Below, piece after piece: positions 24,340 to 37,168 of a stretch of DNA of 64,000 nt. The notes beneath the pieces are model-generated. The model was not told the origin of the DNA. It saw nothing but the letters and a program-made list of their open reading frames with translations, and ran no database searches. Numbering within the stretch: the first letter of the stretch is position 1; each line of letters opens with the position of its first letter. Made by a program: the position numbers and the translations under genes. Source of the DNA: Hemiscyllium ocellatum (lineage: Eukaryota); contig NW_026867487.1 of NCBI RefSeq assembly GCF_020745735.1, positions 4,853,239-4,917,238 on the forward strand. The letters are read 5' to 3'.

Positions 24340-24620
24340 GCGCCTGTTTCCCAGTTGCTGCAAACACAGGACCGGGAGTTTCCAATTCAGGTGTTTCTGA
24401 AGTCTCCCAAGCCAGATTGACTCCCTTTTCCTCCCAGCCTCGGTTATGACTTCCTGGACAAGTGGTCACGTGTCGTTTCACTCGCTCCACCCCCTTATTC
24501 ACTCTCATTGGTTAGAGGACCAGCCACACCCGCTTGGTCCTCCAGCCCGCCCGCTCGCCTCCTATTGGTCGTTGACCTGCCGTCAATCAGTCGGGCCCCA
24601 AAGGGAGGTAGGTGCTGGGA
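24340..24620 (-). promoter_or_regulatory. CpG-rich promoter cassette, paralogous to 57625-57960
   Basis: Two CCAAT boxes, CACGTG, GAGGACCA-N12-TGGTCCTC dyad; its reverse complement aligns by eye with the 57.6-57.9 kb island. Confidence 0.7.
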
Positions 24621-25234
24621 TCCGAAAGAACCTCACCATTTACAGTGAATGGGGCAGTATCATACAGCACAGGGAAGAGGTGACCATTCCGCCTATTGGA
24701 GCTGTAATTCTTCATGCCAGAAACGCTGCAAGAATATCCCAGCTCCCCTGCTGTTTGCATAAAACCCTTCAAATCTATGTCCCATTTTCCCTTTCCCTGG
24801 GCTCCTCCCTCATTCATCGGCTTTTCTCTGCGCCACCCCTAATCATCCATGAATCACTCTAGACACCACCATTTCCTCGCTGTTTCCAGTTTTGATGATG
24901 GTCGCTGCGTTCGAAATCTTACATCTCTTTTTTATTTGATAGATGCTACCAGACTTGCAAAGTTGCACGAGTAATTTGGTTGTTTCAGATATCCAGCATC
25001 ACAGTTCTTTGTATAATTTGCCCTCCTTATTAAGTTACATAACAAATCAATATCGAGGATGACAGATGAATCTGCTTACCCTTACTATTCAGCGTATCCA
25101 GATCCCCAGAAATCCCTGAGTAAAATAATCTCCACATCGCCACCCTTCATTATGCCAATTATCTGAAAGATGCCTTCTGTGTTTTGGCATTTTGAATCTG
25201 TGACAGCGAGTGAATTGAAATATGTAATGGCGTT

Positions 25235-25600
25235 GGGGATGTGATGGTCTGGTGATATTATTGCTGAATTAGTGATCCAGTGACTCAGTCAATGTTCTGG
25301 GGACCGGGGTTCAAATCCCAGCACAGCAGATGTGCGAATTTGAATGCAGCTTAAATAAAATATCATTTAAGCACTTACAGATGACCATGAAACCATTGCT
25401 GACTGTTGTAAAATCCCATCCCCATCAAAGGAAACCTTTCCTCTTCATCTGGTCTGGCCTATATGTGACTCTCGGTCCAGAACCATGTGGTTGACTCCTC
25501 ACTGCCACTAGAAATGGCCCAGCTAGCATTGCTAGGTCCAGGCATTAAATGCTGGCTGGCTCGTGGTACCTATATCACATGAGCAATTAATAATAAAAAA
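25235..25600 (+). mobile_element. DeuSINE (SacSINE1-like)
   Basis: tRNA-like GGGTTCAAATCCCA head plus Deu domain TGACCATGAAAC..TGGTCTGGCCTATATGTGACTC..ATGTGGTTGACTC.. Confidence 0.75.
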
Positions 25601-27274
25601 TGTAGTTCCAACTGAAGACAGCATGAGACTTGGGGTGAAAGGTAGCTGTAAGTGATGCGTGCCTGTGATTCTGTGCCCTTGTCCTAATCAGTGGGTGAAG
25701 TTGTGGGTATGGAAGTTATTGTCAAAGAGCGTTGGTGAGTTATTATTGTGCAACACTGCACTTCACTGGTGAAGGGAGTGAAAGTTGAAGCTGTTGAATG
25801 GGGTAGCTTTCAAGCATATTCCGTTGTCGCTGATGGGCTTTAGTTTTCTCCCCACAGGGAATGGTGACTTTTCCTTTGTTACCTCACAGTGTACCTCTCC
25901 GAACACACTCTCAGACGGCCTCCCATATGCAACCTCCTGGTAATCTCAAGCTCATCCAAAACTCTGCTGCTCTTGTGCAGACTTACACCAAGTCTTGTTC
26001 ACCCATCACCATTGTAAAATTCGAAGAGGACAGCAAGGTAGCCAGTTAAATTAAATACAGAGAAGTGAAAAGATGATTCCTAAAAATAAAAGGTTTCTCA
26101 AATTGGAAGGAATAAAGAATTTACAAGTGAAGGATAAGACCCAGAGGAAACGAACAGTAGAGAGATGGGATATTTTATTCAATAACTTGTCTGATTACTC
26201 ATCAATTTTGGGATCCCAGATCCACTTGCCAGCTTTTGATTTTTCCATAGGTGTTGCCTGACACACTAATGTTTCTGTTGGTATGAAGAAAAGCAACAAA
26301 CAGTCAGAAATGACTCTGTCAAACTTTATATTAATTCAAATTACCATTAATTGCATTTTATATGTGGAAAATCAGAGGTAGCTGTGCACTTAGACTCCGA
26401 TATAATTTTGCATCTGGAGAGTTTATTTAATCATTCATGGGATGTTGATGGTGCTGGTGAGTCGCTATGTTCCATTGCTGGTTGACCTGCAGAACGTGGC
26501 AGCAAGCAGAGTAAGGATAGCCACAATGCTGTGAGCATTTGAATTCCAGGGCCTTTCCACCCGGCTGCATATTGCCACCTATGAAAATGGTAGCCACGCA
26601 CTAGTTACGTGTAAAGTTGCCCTTATTAAATATGGCTGTGATAACTCAGGCCTGTCACTGTCTGAGATCTGTAGCTGCATTCCCGCTTGCTGCAAATGTG
26701 AAAGTGGAAGTTTCTAATTCTTGTCTAGTGGCCTAAATCATTCGTCATATACTCTCTTGGCTTGTTAGTCATTTTGCATTGCATGACCTCACACTTTTCA
26801 GGAGTAAATTCTATTCCCAGTGTTCAGTCCATCAGAGCAGCCCTGGTGTATCGTCCTGTATGCTACAGTTTTCCTGGCAGAACCCAAAGTGGGAATAGAA
26901 AGTAAATATAGGTGTAGGTTCAGAAAGGGGAGCTCTAGAGGCAAGTTTGGTCCTTCAGGGCTGGTGGGAGAGAGGGAAGTAAAAGAGGCAGCTGATCAGA
27001 TTGTCTCAATGTTAGAGACAAGCAAACTCGATGAGCTCCTGCATTTCTTGCTGGAGGCAAGGATTGAGGAGACAGGGAAGAACAAGGGCATTTTGAAAAT
27101 AGTTATCTCATGTTTGAAATATTAAAGAGTTGAGACGCCGCGAGTTTAACACCAAACTGATTTATTTACCTTTCATCTCACATAATAATACAATATAAAA
27201 CGTGAGTGAAGTTCATCAGGATTATTTGGAACAGATGCCACTGAACAGGGTTCACTGCTGGACATGATCAACAA

Positions 27275-27816
27275 CAAGAGGAAAGTGAGGACTGCAGATG
27301 CTGGAGATCAGAGTTGAAAAGTACAGCAGGTCAGGCAGCATCCGAAGAATAGGAGAGTCGATGTTTCAGACATAAGTCATGCATCAGGAATGTGGCGTGG
27401 GTTGGGGAAGCCTGAGAGATAAATAGAAGGGTGGGCTTGGGGGATGGTATTTGGAAACACGATAGGTAGATGCAGGTGGGGGAGGTGATGGGGACAGGTC
27501 GGAGCAGAGAGTGGAGCAAATAGGTGGGAAGGAAGATGGACAGATAGGACAGTTCAAGAGGGCGGTGCTAAGTTGGAGGGTTAGATCTGGGATAAGGTGG
27601 GGGAGGGGAGATGAGGAAACTGATGAAGTTGACTTTGATGTTGTGTAGTTGGAGGGTCCCAAGGCAGAAGATGAGGTGTTCTTCCTCCAGGTGTTGTGTG
27701 GCCTGGACTTGGCTGTGGAGGAAGCCCAGTACTTGCCTGTCCTTGGCAGAGTGGGAGGAGCAGTTAAAGTTGTCAGCCACGGGGCAACGGGGTTGTTTGG
27801 TGCGTGTGTCCCAGAC
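27275..27816 (-). mobile_element. Penelope-like 3' fragment (GIY-YIG C-terminus and pseudo-LTR) just downstream of the ZNF stop
   Basis: PVADNFNCSSHS..LEEEHLIFCLGTLQ motif; pseudo-LTR with a degenerate hammerhead core. Confidence 0.8.
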
Positions 27817-27847
27817 AGTGATCAACGGCAACATCTAATCATGGTCA

Positions 27848-29230
27848 TTAATGGTGAACACGCTGATGTTTCCGCAGGCTGGATGCATAAGTAAATCTCT
27901 TCCCACACTCAGAACAAATGTATGGCTTCTCCCCTGTGTGACTGCGCTTGTGTCTAACAAGTTCAGATGATGTCTTGAAGCCAGTGCTGCAGTGAGAGCA
28001 CCTAAACGGTCTCTCGTTACTGTGAGCACGTTGATGACGGATCAAGTCCTCAGAACTTTTGTACCACTTCCAACACTCTGGGCATTGAAAAGGTCTCTCA
28101 TCAGTGTGAGCCCGCTGGTGTCTCAGCAGATGAGAGCTATCAATGAATCCCTTCCCACATTTGGTGCAGGTGAATGGCCTCTCCCCTGTGTGAATTCGCT
28201 TATGTTTCTGCAGGTCGGATGAGTCAGTGAACCCTTTCCCACACTCACAACATCTGAATGGCCTGTCCCCTGTGTGAAATCGTTGATGTTTCACCAGTTT
28301 GGCTGACTCTGAGAATGCCATCCCACACTCGGAACATCTGAATGGCTTCTCCCCTGTGTGAAACCGCTGGTGTTTTGCCAGTTTGGATGACTGAGTGAAG
28401 CCCTTCCCACACTCAGAGCAAGTGAATGGCCTCTCCCCAGTGTGAACTCGCTGATGTACGGTGAGTTCAAACGATCGCCTGAACTGTGACCCACAGTGAG
28501 AGCACCTGAATGGTTTCTCATCAGTGTGAAGAATTTGATGGGAAATCAGTTCCCCAGACGTTTTACAGCATTTCCCGCAGTCTGTACACTTAAACGGTCT
28601 CTCCCCAGTGTGAACCTGCTGATGTGTCAGCAGTTGGGATGACCTAATGAAGCCTTTCCCACACTCAGAACAGCGGAACGGCTTCTCCCCAGTGTGAACT
28701 CGCTGGTGTTTCGTGAGGTCAGTTCCTCGTTTGAACCCAGTCCCACAGTCAGAGCATCTGAAGGGTCGCTCATTGGTGTGAACATATTGGTGGGACACCA
28801 GTTCTTCGGAGCTTCTATAGCACTGTCCACAGTCTGGACACTGAAACGGTTTCTCCTCAGAGTGAATCCGCTGGTGTCTCAGCAGCCTAAATGACTGAGT
28901 GAATCCCTTTCCACACTCAGGGCAGGTGAATGGTCTCTCTCCAGTGTGAACGCGCTGGTGTACAATGAGCTTAGATGAACATTTGAACCCTTTTCCGCAG
29001 TGAGAGCACCTGAATGGTCTTTCATCTGTGTGAACACATTGGTGGGATGTCAGTTCCCCTGAACTTTGATAGCTGTTCCCACAATCTGAGCACTTAAGCG
29101 GTCTCTCCTCAGTGTGAACGTGTTGATGGGACTTCAGCTCCCCAGGACTTTTACAGCAGGTCGCGCAATCTGAGCAGTTAAATGGGCTCTCATCCATATG
29201 CACACGTTGGAGAGACTGCAGTCCCCACAA
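27848..29230 (-). CDS. C2H2 zinc-finger protein, 16 tandem fingers, no effector domain (first in-frame ATG 29197)
   Basis: 460-codon ORF with 16 CxxC-x12-HxxxH fingers and TGE(R/K)P-type linkers. The upstream part of the exon is disrupted, so functionality is uncertain. Confidence 0.8.
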   Translation of the reverse strand: MWGLQSLQRVHMDESPFNCSDCATCCKSPGELKSHQHVHTEERPLKCSDCGNSYQSSGELTSHQCVHTDERPFRCSHCGKGFKCSSKLIVHQRVHTGERPFTCPECGKGFTQSFRLLRHQRIHSEEKPFQCPDCGQCYRSSEELVSHQYVHTNERPFRCSDCGTGFKRGTDLTKHQRVHTGEKPFRCSECGKGFIRSSQLLTHQQVHTGERPFKCTDCGKCCKTSGELISHQILHTDEKPFRCSHCGSQFRRSFELTVHQRVHTGERPFTCSECGKGFTQSSKLAKHQRFHTGEKPFRCSECGMAFSESAKLVKHQRFHTGDRPFRCCECGKGFTDSSDLQKHKRIHTGERPFTCTKCGKGFIDSSHLLRHQRAHTDERPFQCPECWKWYKSSEDLIRHQRAHSNERPFRCSHCSTGFKTSSELVRHKRSHTGEKPYICSECGKRFTYASSLRKHQRVHH

Positions 29231-29638
<408 letters not shown>

Positions 29639-30199
29639 CTGTGAAAGCGATTTAAAACAGAAAAAGAAAAGGAGAGAGAGATAACCAGGATAATTAGTGA
29701 CCATGAAAGCTTCTCAATTGACAGAAAAAACAAAGTAGTTCACGTAGGTCCTTCAGGACACAAACAAGGCTGTCCAATTCATGGGAGCAGAGAAAGTCAG
29801 TGGGACAGGCAGGGAGTATGAGACAGATTTTATAAATCTACGAACCAAGCAGAGGAGTAGAATCTCCCAAACCCTCAGCCTCCACCAGCAAAAGAAGAAC
29901 CAGAATAGCAGGTGGATGTGAACACCATTACCTCCCAGTCACACACCATCTGATATCCAGTACTGGGTGAACAGAAAGATCTCCCACTGCAATATGAGGA
30001 CGGCTGAAGTCATTGTCTTCTCTCCCTGTTACAAATTGTGCTCACTCACCACCAATTCCATCCCTCTCGCTGGTAAACTCTCAGGTTGAGCCAGACAGTT
30101 CACTATGTGGTGATATATTTTACCCCAAGGTGAGCTTCCAACAACACTTCCTGATTAATCAACCCTTATTCCGAGCTCAGTAACATCATTCCAGCCCAC

Positions 30200-31680
30200 T
30201 CTCGTCATAGAGACACACCCTTTAGCCCAAACTGATCCATGCCAACCAAAATGTCCGTCCACACTAACCCCATTTCCCTGCACTTGGCCCATATCCTTCT
30301 AATCCTTTCCTATGTATGCATTTGACCAAATGCCTTTTAAATGTTGTTAATGCACCGGCCTCAACCACTTCCGCTGGCAGCTCATTCCGTATGCGTACCA
30401 CTCTCTGTGAAAAAACATTGTCTCTCAGGTTCCTGTTTATTCTTTCTCCTCTAACCTTAAACTGATGCCTTCTAGTCCTCGATTCCCTAACCCTGATTGC
30501 ATTCACTGCACCCATGCCTCTCATTACCTGATACACCTCTATGAGGTCCCCGCTCAATCTCCTATGCTCTAAATGAAAAGGTGCTAGATTACCGAACCTC
30601 TCTCTCTAACTCAGACCATTGTCTCCAGACAACATCATTGCAAACTTTTCCTGCACCCTTTCCAGTTCAATAACATCCTTCCTCTAACAAGTGACCAAAA
30701 CTGAACACAATACTTCAAGTCTGGCCTCATCAATGTCTTGTACAACAGCAACATAACTTCCCTACTTCTATATTCAAAACCCTAACTGATGAAGGCCAGT
30801 GTGGCAAAAGCCTCCTTCACTGCCCCGTCTACCTGCAACTCCACCTTCAGAGAACTGTGAACTTGAACTCCAAGATTCCTTTTCTTCCACTACATTCCTT
30901 AAGGCCCTACCATTCACCATAAGACTCCGACATTGATTTGATTTTCCAAAAGACAAGACCTCACGCTTATCTATATTAAACTCCATTTGCCATTTCTTGG
31001 ACTTCTTCCTCAGCTGATCGAGGTTCTGCTGCAATTTCTGATAACCTTCGTCAGTGTCCACGATACTGCCTATTTTGGGGTCATCTGCAAACTTACTAAC
31101 CATGCCTTGTACATTCTCATTGATATAGATAACAAACAGTAATGGGCCCAACCCGATCCCTGAGGCACTTCACTAATCACAGACCTCCATCCGACAAGCA
31201 TCCTTCCATTATTACCCTCTGCTTCTTACCATCAAGACAATTTTGAATCCAATTTGCCAATTCGCCCTGGATTCTATGCGATCCCTACTTTATCAAAGGC
31301 CGAACTGAAATCCATGTAGACTACATCTACTGTCCTATCCTTGAGGAGAAAGTGAGGTCTGCAGATGCTGGAGATCAGAGCTGAAAATGTGTTGCTGGAA
31401 AAGCGCAGCAGGTCAGGCAGCATCCAAGGAACAGGAAATTCGACGTTTCGGGCCCGAAACGTCGAATTTCCTGTTCCTTGGATGCTGCTTGACCTGCAGC
31501 GCTTTTCCAGCAACACATTTTCAGCTACTGTCCTATCCTTGTCAACCTTCCTGGTCACTTGATCAAAGAACTCTAACAAATTTGTGTAGAAATGATCTCT
31601 CATTCACAAAGCCATGCTGATTATTCCTAATCAAAACTTGTCTTTCCAAATGCATGTATATCTTATCTCTCAGAATGTTC
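30200..31680 (-). mobile_element. CR1 LINE RT-to-3' fragment
   Basis: HGFVNERS, DFSSAFDKV, GPLLFVIYI, KFADDPKIG, KWQMEFN, GDLIEVY motifs in successive frames. Confidence 0.9.
31344..31526 (-). mobile_element. Fold-back Penelope pseudo-LTR insertion with 15-bp TSD
   Basis: 148-bp palindrome 31379-31526 (2 mismatches, no loop); TSD ACTGTCCTATCCTTG at 31329-31343 and 31527-31541. Confidence 0.9.
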
Positions 31681-31699
31681 TCAAGTAATTTACCATGAC

Positions 31700-32722
31700 A
31701 GATGCTACGCTTTCTGGTCTCTATAGTCAGGGCAAGGATACCCTGAGGCATGGTACACTGGCGAGACCAAGCAGAGGCTATGGCAACACATGAATAGACA
31801 CAGCACAACAATCAACAGACAGGAGTGTTCCCTCCCAGTGGAAGAACACTTCAGTGGTCCGGGACATTCGACCTCAGACCTTCGGGTGACCGCCCTCCAA
31901 GGTGGACTTCGGGACAGACAACAATGAAAAGTGGCTGAGCAGAGGCTGATAGCGAAGTTCTGTACTCATGGGGATGGCCTCAACCAAGACCTTAGGTTCA
32001 TGTCACACTACAGGTAATCTCATTGCACCATACACACATACACACTCTGTTTCTCTCTCATATAGACCCTCTCTCATACGTCCACACATACACACACTCT
32101 CTCACAGGCACACATAAACCACCCTCTCCCCACCACAATGCTGCCTGCCCCCCACCTCCACCTCTCCCACACACACATACACACACCCACATGCATATAT
32201 ACACATTAAAGTTTGTGGGGTGAATTTGTACTTGCAGAATTACATTTTACTTTGCTCAAAAACTGCATGAATCCAAGTAAAATTCTATAAATCCGTTTTT
32301 TTAGATTAGAATCAGTCTGACCATTGTGGCACACACAGTCTCACACAGAGCAACTCATACTTTAAATGCATTATCTGGGCCAACATGACATCAATTGTTA
32401 AAGCTCACTTGAGAATGTAACTATTTTTAAAAAGTTTTGCAATTTACATGTGAAAGAACTGAAACCAACATGGTCATTCTAAAAGACGAGAGACTTATAA
32501 ACAATATAGGTCTTTTTAAACGTGTAATTTCAATTACATCACACTGTAAACTTTTGCTATAAATTCTATGTCTTATGATCTTATACTCCACAACCATCTG
32601 AGCAGGGAGCAGTGCTCCAAAAGCTAGTGCTTCCAAATAAACCTGTTGGACTATAACCTGGTGTTGTGTGATTTTTAACTTTGTACACCCCAGCTCAACA
32701 CCAGCATCTCCAAATCATGGTC
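31700..32722 (+). mobile_element. Penelope-like element, family 2 (GIY-YIG C-terminus, 3' UTR, pseudo-LTR)
   Basis: CPEAWYTGETKQRLWQHMNRH..PVEEHFSGPGH..KVAEQRLIAKF..GLNQD..HYR* ending at 32017. Confidence 0.85.
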
Positions 32723-32729
32723 TATAGTT

Positions 32730-34265
32730 CCCAGGCTTTTCTTTGCAGCCCTTCTTGAATAATGGCACATTTCCTACTCTTTCAGGACCTCACCCATAGC
32801 CAGCAATGATGCAAAAATATCAGCCAGGGCCCTTGCAATTTCTTCTCCAGCCTTTTGCAGTGTTCTTGGATATATCTGGTCAGCACCACCTTCAGACATT
32901 CTAATACATCCAACACCTCCTCTATTTTGACATGGACTGCCCCCAAGATATCACCACTAACTTCCCCAAGTTTTCAGGTCTTCATGTCTTTCTCCATGGT
33001 AAACATAGAGGAGAAATACTTGTTGAGAACCTTGCCCATCTCCTGTGGTTCGACACATACATGTCCACTCTGGTCATTGAGGGGCCCTATTCTCTCTCTA
33101 GTTATTGTTTTCTTCTTTAATATACTTAAAGTAACTCTTTCGATTCACCCTAATCTTCTCAGCCAAGTTCATCTCATACCCCCTTCTCACCCTCCTGATT
33201 TCTTTCTTCAGTAAGCTCTTGTATTCCCTGTATACCTCCAGAGATTCCCTTGATCCCAGCTGCCTGCACCTGAGCCACGCCTCCTTTTATTCCTGGTCGA
33301 AGCCGCAATATCACTTGTCATCCAGGGTTCCCTACTCCTGCCTACCCTTTACACTCACAAGAACATGTAGACCTTGAACTCCAGCAATCTCACTTTTAAT
33401 GGCTTGCCCGAGGTCCCTTTGCCTGCAAATAAACTACTCCAATCAACCCCTGCGAGCTTCCATCTAATTCCATCAAAATTCACCTTACCCCAATTTAGAA
33501 CTTGAAACTGTGGATCGGTTTTGTCCTTCCGCATAACTATTTTCAAATTAATAGAGCTATGATCACTGGTCCCAGATTGCTCCCGAACTGTGACTTCCGT
33601 CACCTGTTCTACCCTATTCTCCAAGTGTAGGTCGGGTTATGCTCCTTCCCGAATGGACTGCTTGAGGAAACTTTCTTGAATGCACTGAACAAATTCCACC
33701 CCAACTAAGCCCTTAAAACTCTGGCAGTCTCAAACTATGTTAGGAAAATTAAAACCCCTAATATGACAACTCTATTGCTCTTGCAAGTCTCCCCAATCTC
33801 CCTGTGTATTTGTTCCTTGAAATCCTGTTCAGTATTTGGGGCCAATAGTACAACCCCAAAAACATCACCATCCCTTTCTTATCTCACAGCTCCACCCATA
33901 AAGCCTTCACTGGATGATCCTTCAGTTATTTCATCTGATTACTTCTATGATACTCAACTTAATAAAAATGCAACTCCCCCTCCCCTCCTTCCACCACCTC
34001 TGCCCTGCCTAGAGCACATGTACCCTGGCACATTAAGCTGCCAATCCTGACACTCTCTTTGTTACGGTTCTGTAATGGCTATAATATCCCAGTCCCACGT
34101 ACTTATCCACACCCTGAGTTCATTGGCCTTATCTTGCATCAAAAGCAATTTAATCCAACAGGCATTACTTGCTCCCTGTGAGTTCCAACCTGATCTGTCT
34201 CTTCAACTTACTATTTCTGTTGGTGTATCTCCTTCAAGCCTCGCACTTGCCTACCTATTGTAGAG
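32730..34265 (-). mobile_element. CR1 LINE endonuclease-to-RT fragment
   Basis: SDHSSINLKI, LNWGKVNFDGI, NPKEYFQ-like and KISHFFSMF-like CR1 ORF2 remnants. Confidence 0.75.
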
Positions 34266-34519
34266 GATCCTGCCCCCCTGCCAATCTAGTTTAAACCCTT
34301 GCTCAACTCATCTGCTGCTGAAACTCACATGCATGCCTTTGTTACCTCCAGACGTAACTATCCCAATGTGTTCCTGGGGCCACCCACATCACCACATCTC
34401 TCTAATCCTGAGGGTATACAAACCTCTTCTGCCAGTGTTCATGCACACTACCATCATCCATGACCTCATTGGTTTACACCTTCTGAAACATTCAGATGCC
34501 ACTCTAACACTAACAACTC

Positions 34520-34726
34520 CTTCAGTCCCATTACCCTCCCTCACTCTCTAAGCTCCTGCAGCCTCTACACCCTTCCCTCTTCCTGTAAGCTCCCGTAGCC
34601 TCACAACCCTCCCTCTCTCTGTAAGCACCTGCAGTCCCCACAGCCCACCCTCTCTGTCTGTCAGCACCCGCAGCCACACAACCCTCCCTCTCTCTAGAAG
34701 TTCCTCCACCTCCACAAAGCTCCCGA
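34520..34726 (+). repeat. Minisatellite, about 36-bp unit (ACCCTCCCTCTCTCTGTAAGCTCCCGCAGCCTCAC)
   Basis: About 5 imperfect tandem units. Confidence 0.75.
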
Positions 34727-35399
34727 AAACAAAAACAATGCTGGAAATCACAGTGGGTCAGGTAACATCCATGGAGAGGTAGAAAGCTAACGTTTTGAAT
34801 CTAGATGACTATCCCTCAGAGCTGGTGAGGAGACATCTAGGCTGGAAATGTCAGTTTGTTCTCCATGGATGCTGCATGAACCTCAGTGCTTTCCAGTAAC
34901 TGTTGTTTTCAGTATCAATCCCAAAATCTACAATTATTTGCTCCTGCAACATTTGCTCTCTGTAACCTCCTCCATCTCCTGCACTCCTCCCACTCCCAGT
35001 CACCTCCTGCATCCCCTGCACTCCTTCCACTCTGTCACCTCCTCCATACACATTCCTCTTTTTTAATCTCCTGCAGTCTGAAAATCCCCTGACGTAGCCT
35101 CAACTCGCGTTGGTTCCTAAACAAGCATAGAGGCCACATAAGAAACTCTACAGGTCTAGCAGTATCTGTGAACAGTGAAATTGTGTTAACGTCTACAGTC
35201 TAGTCTGGCTCCACTTCAGAACTGAATCGTACCAGAATCAGAATGATAACTCTAAATGTGGATTGGAATAAGGTGAGTCATCATATTGCTGGTTATTATT
35301 GTCTCTATTGTCGGTACAAAACAGCAGCAAGACTAACATGTACAAGATGCAAGGGAGATTTAGATTCTATTCACTGCCTTCACCAGTGACATATTCACG

Positions 35400-35830
35400 A
35401 GACTCTGGAATATATTCAATGTGTGATGGCGCATGCGCGTCGCCAGCCCCGCCCCCTCCCATTTGCCACGCATAAAGATGTCCGCCCAAATGCCAACCGG
35501 CCCCGCATAAATATGGCGGCCGCAGGTTTGGGCCTTAATCCCGGACAAAAGCAGGCGGCCGCCAAATTAGCGCAAACAGGGATGCGCATTCTCTTTTTCA
35601 AGGCCCTAGACTGACAGTAGTTGTTTATAAAGGCTTCCCTCTCGTTCCCCGCCTCTTTTTCTCCTCACTCACTCATTCCGTGTATCTTATCCTCTGCTGC
35701 TCTCCCGGTGATGCCGACACCGACCTTGCCCAGATTAACACTGCGCATGCTCTATGCCTCGCCCCATCAATGCGCCTGCGCAATTGTCCTCTGCAGTGAA
35801 CCTAGAGCTCAGCATGGCTGTGGGGTGGAA
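35400..35830. promoter_or_regulatory. CpG-rich promoter-like island
   Basis: NRF1-like GCGCATGCGC near 35430 and TGCGCCTGCGCA near 35771; YY1-like AATATGGCGGCC near 35510; GC boxes. Confidence 0.65.
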
Positions 35831-36504
35831 TAATCATAAAAGCTTGTGTTCTGTGATTAACAAGTAGTTTCCATGACCTGATTATGATTTCAATTAAGAA
35901 CTTAAAATCACTAGGATGTCTAGTACACCAGGTTTCTATTTGTTAAGTGTTCAACAGTAGAAAATGAACTGATAGCAAATGTGAATTTTCTGGAGTTTCA
36001 GCAGATGCTTTTTTTTAAACGGGCGAGCATCAGATTTCGTACAGCTGTCGGTTTACGCGTTCACTTCAACTCTAGCAGCCAAGATATATTTAAATTCCTT
36101 CCACTCTAACATTCAGAGCAGTTGATAATGATTCCATCTGATTCAAATCAGTAACTTCATATGTGATAGAAATGTGATAAGCACGCCAACCTGTGAATTA
36201 ATACTATATTTCAAGAGATTTTGTTTTTCATTGGCATTGACGAATATTGTGGATAGAGTCAAAAAGTATGGTTCTGTAAAAGCGTAGCCTGTCAGGCAAC
36301 ATCCAAGAAGCAGAAAAGTCAATGATTTGAGCATAAGTTCTCCACCAGGAATGTGGGCGAGGTGGTGGGCAAGGGGGCTGATGGAGGCCCAAGTTCCCAA
36401 GGGATCCTTCCACATCCACCAGACATTTTCCTGCAACTCGAAACACCGCATCTCATTGCCAGCAAGGAACTCATTATTGACTTTCGGCGGGATGTTACTC
36501 ATGC

Positions 36505-37168
36505 ACCCTACACATTAACAGCACAGAGGTGAAATGAGTGGAGAGTATGAAGCTCCTGGGAGTGGTCATCCACAACAAGCTTTGTTGGACTCTTCATGTC
36601 GATACACTGGTTACAAAGGCCCAACAATGTCTCTTCTTCCTCAAGCAGCTGAGGAAATTTGGCATGACAGCGAATAACCTTGCCAACTTTTATAGGTGCA
36701 CCATCGGGAGTATTTTGTCTGGATGTATCATTGCCTGGTATGGCAACTGTACCATTCAAGATTGGAGACAGTTACAGAGAGTGGCGAACTCAGCCTGGAC
36801 AATCACAAAGGCCAACCTCCCATCTATAGAATCCATCTACCAGGCCCACTGTTAAGGAAAGGCCGCCAGTATTCTTAAAGATCCATCCCACCATGACAAT
36901 ATTTTTCTACAACCTCTACCATCAGGGAGAAGATACAGAAGCCTAAAGTCTTACACCAGCTGGTTTTGTAACAGTTTCTACTGTTGTTAGAATACTGAAT
37001 GTACTCACAAACTCTTAATATTTACCTGTACCTGTGATTTTTGGCTTTGCTGCTGTTTACCCTATTGTTTACTATCTATGCTAAATAACGATGTGATCTG
37101 CCTGTATTGCTTGTAAGATAAAGGTTGTCACTGTGCCTCAGTACACATGACAATAAATTCAATTCAAA
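36505..37168 (+). mobile_element. Rex1/Babar-type LINE 3' fragment
   Basis: KAQQCLFFLKQLRKFGM..NFYRCTIGSILSGCIIAWYGNC motif; AATAAATTCAATTCAA tail. Confidence 0.8.

Noticed and set aside
27992-28894. Antisense and alternate-frame ORFs over the ZNF array
   Set aside because: By-products of the repetitive finger codons.
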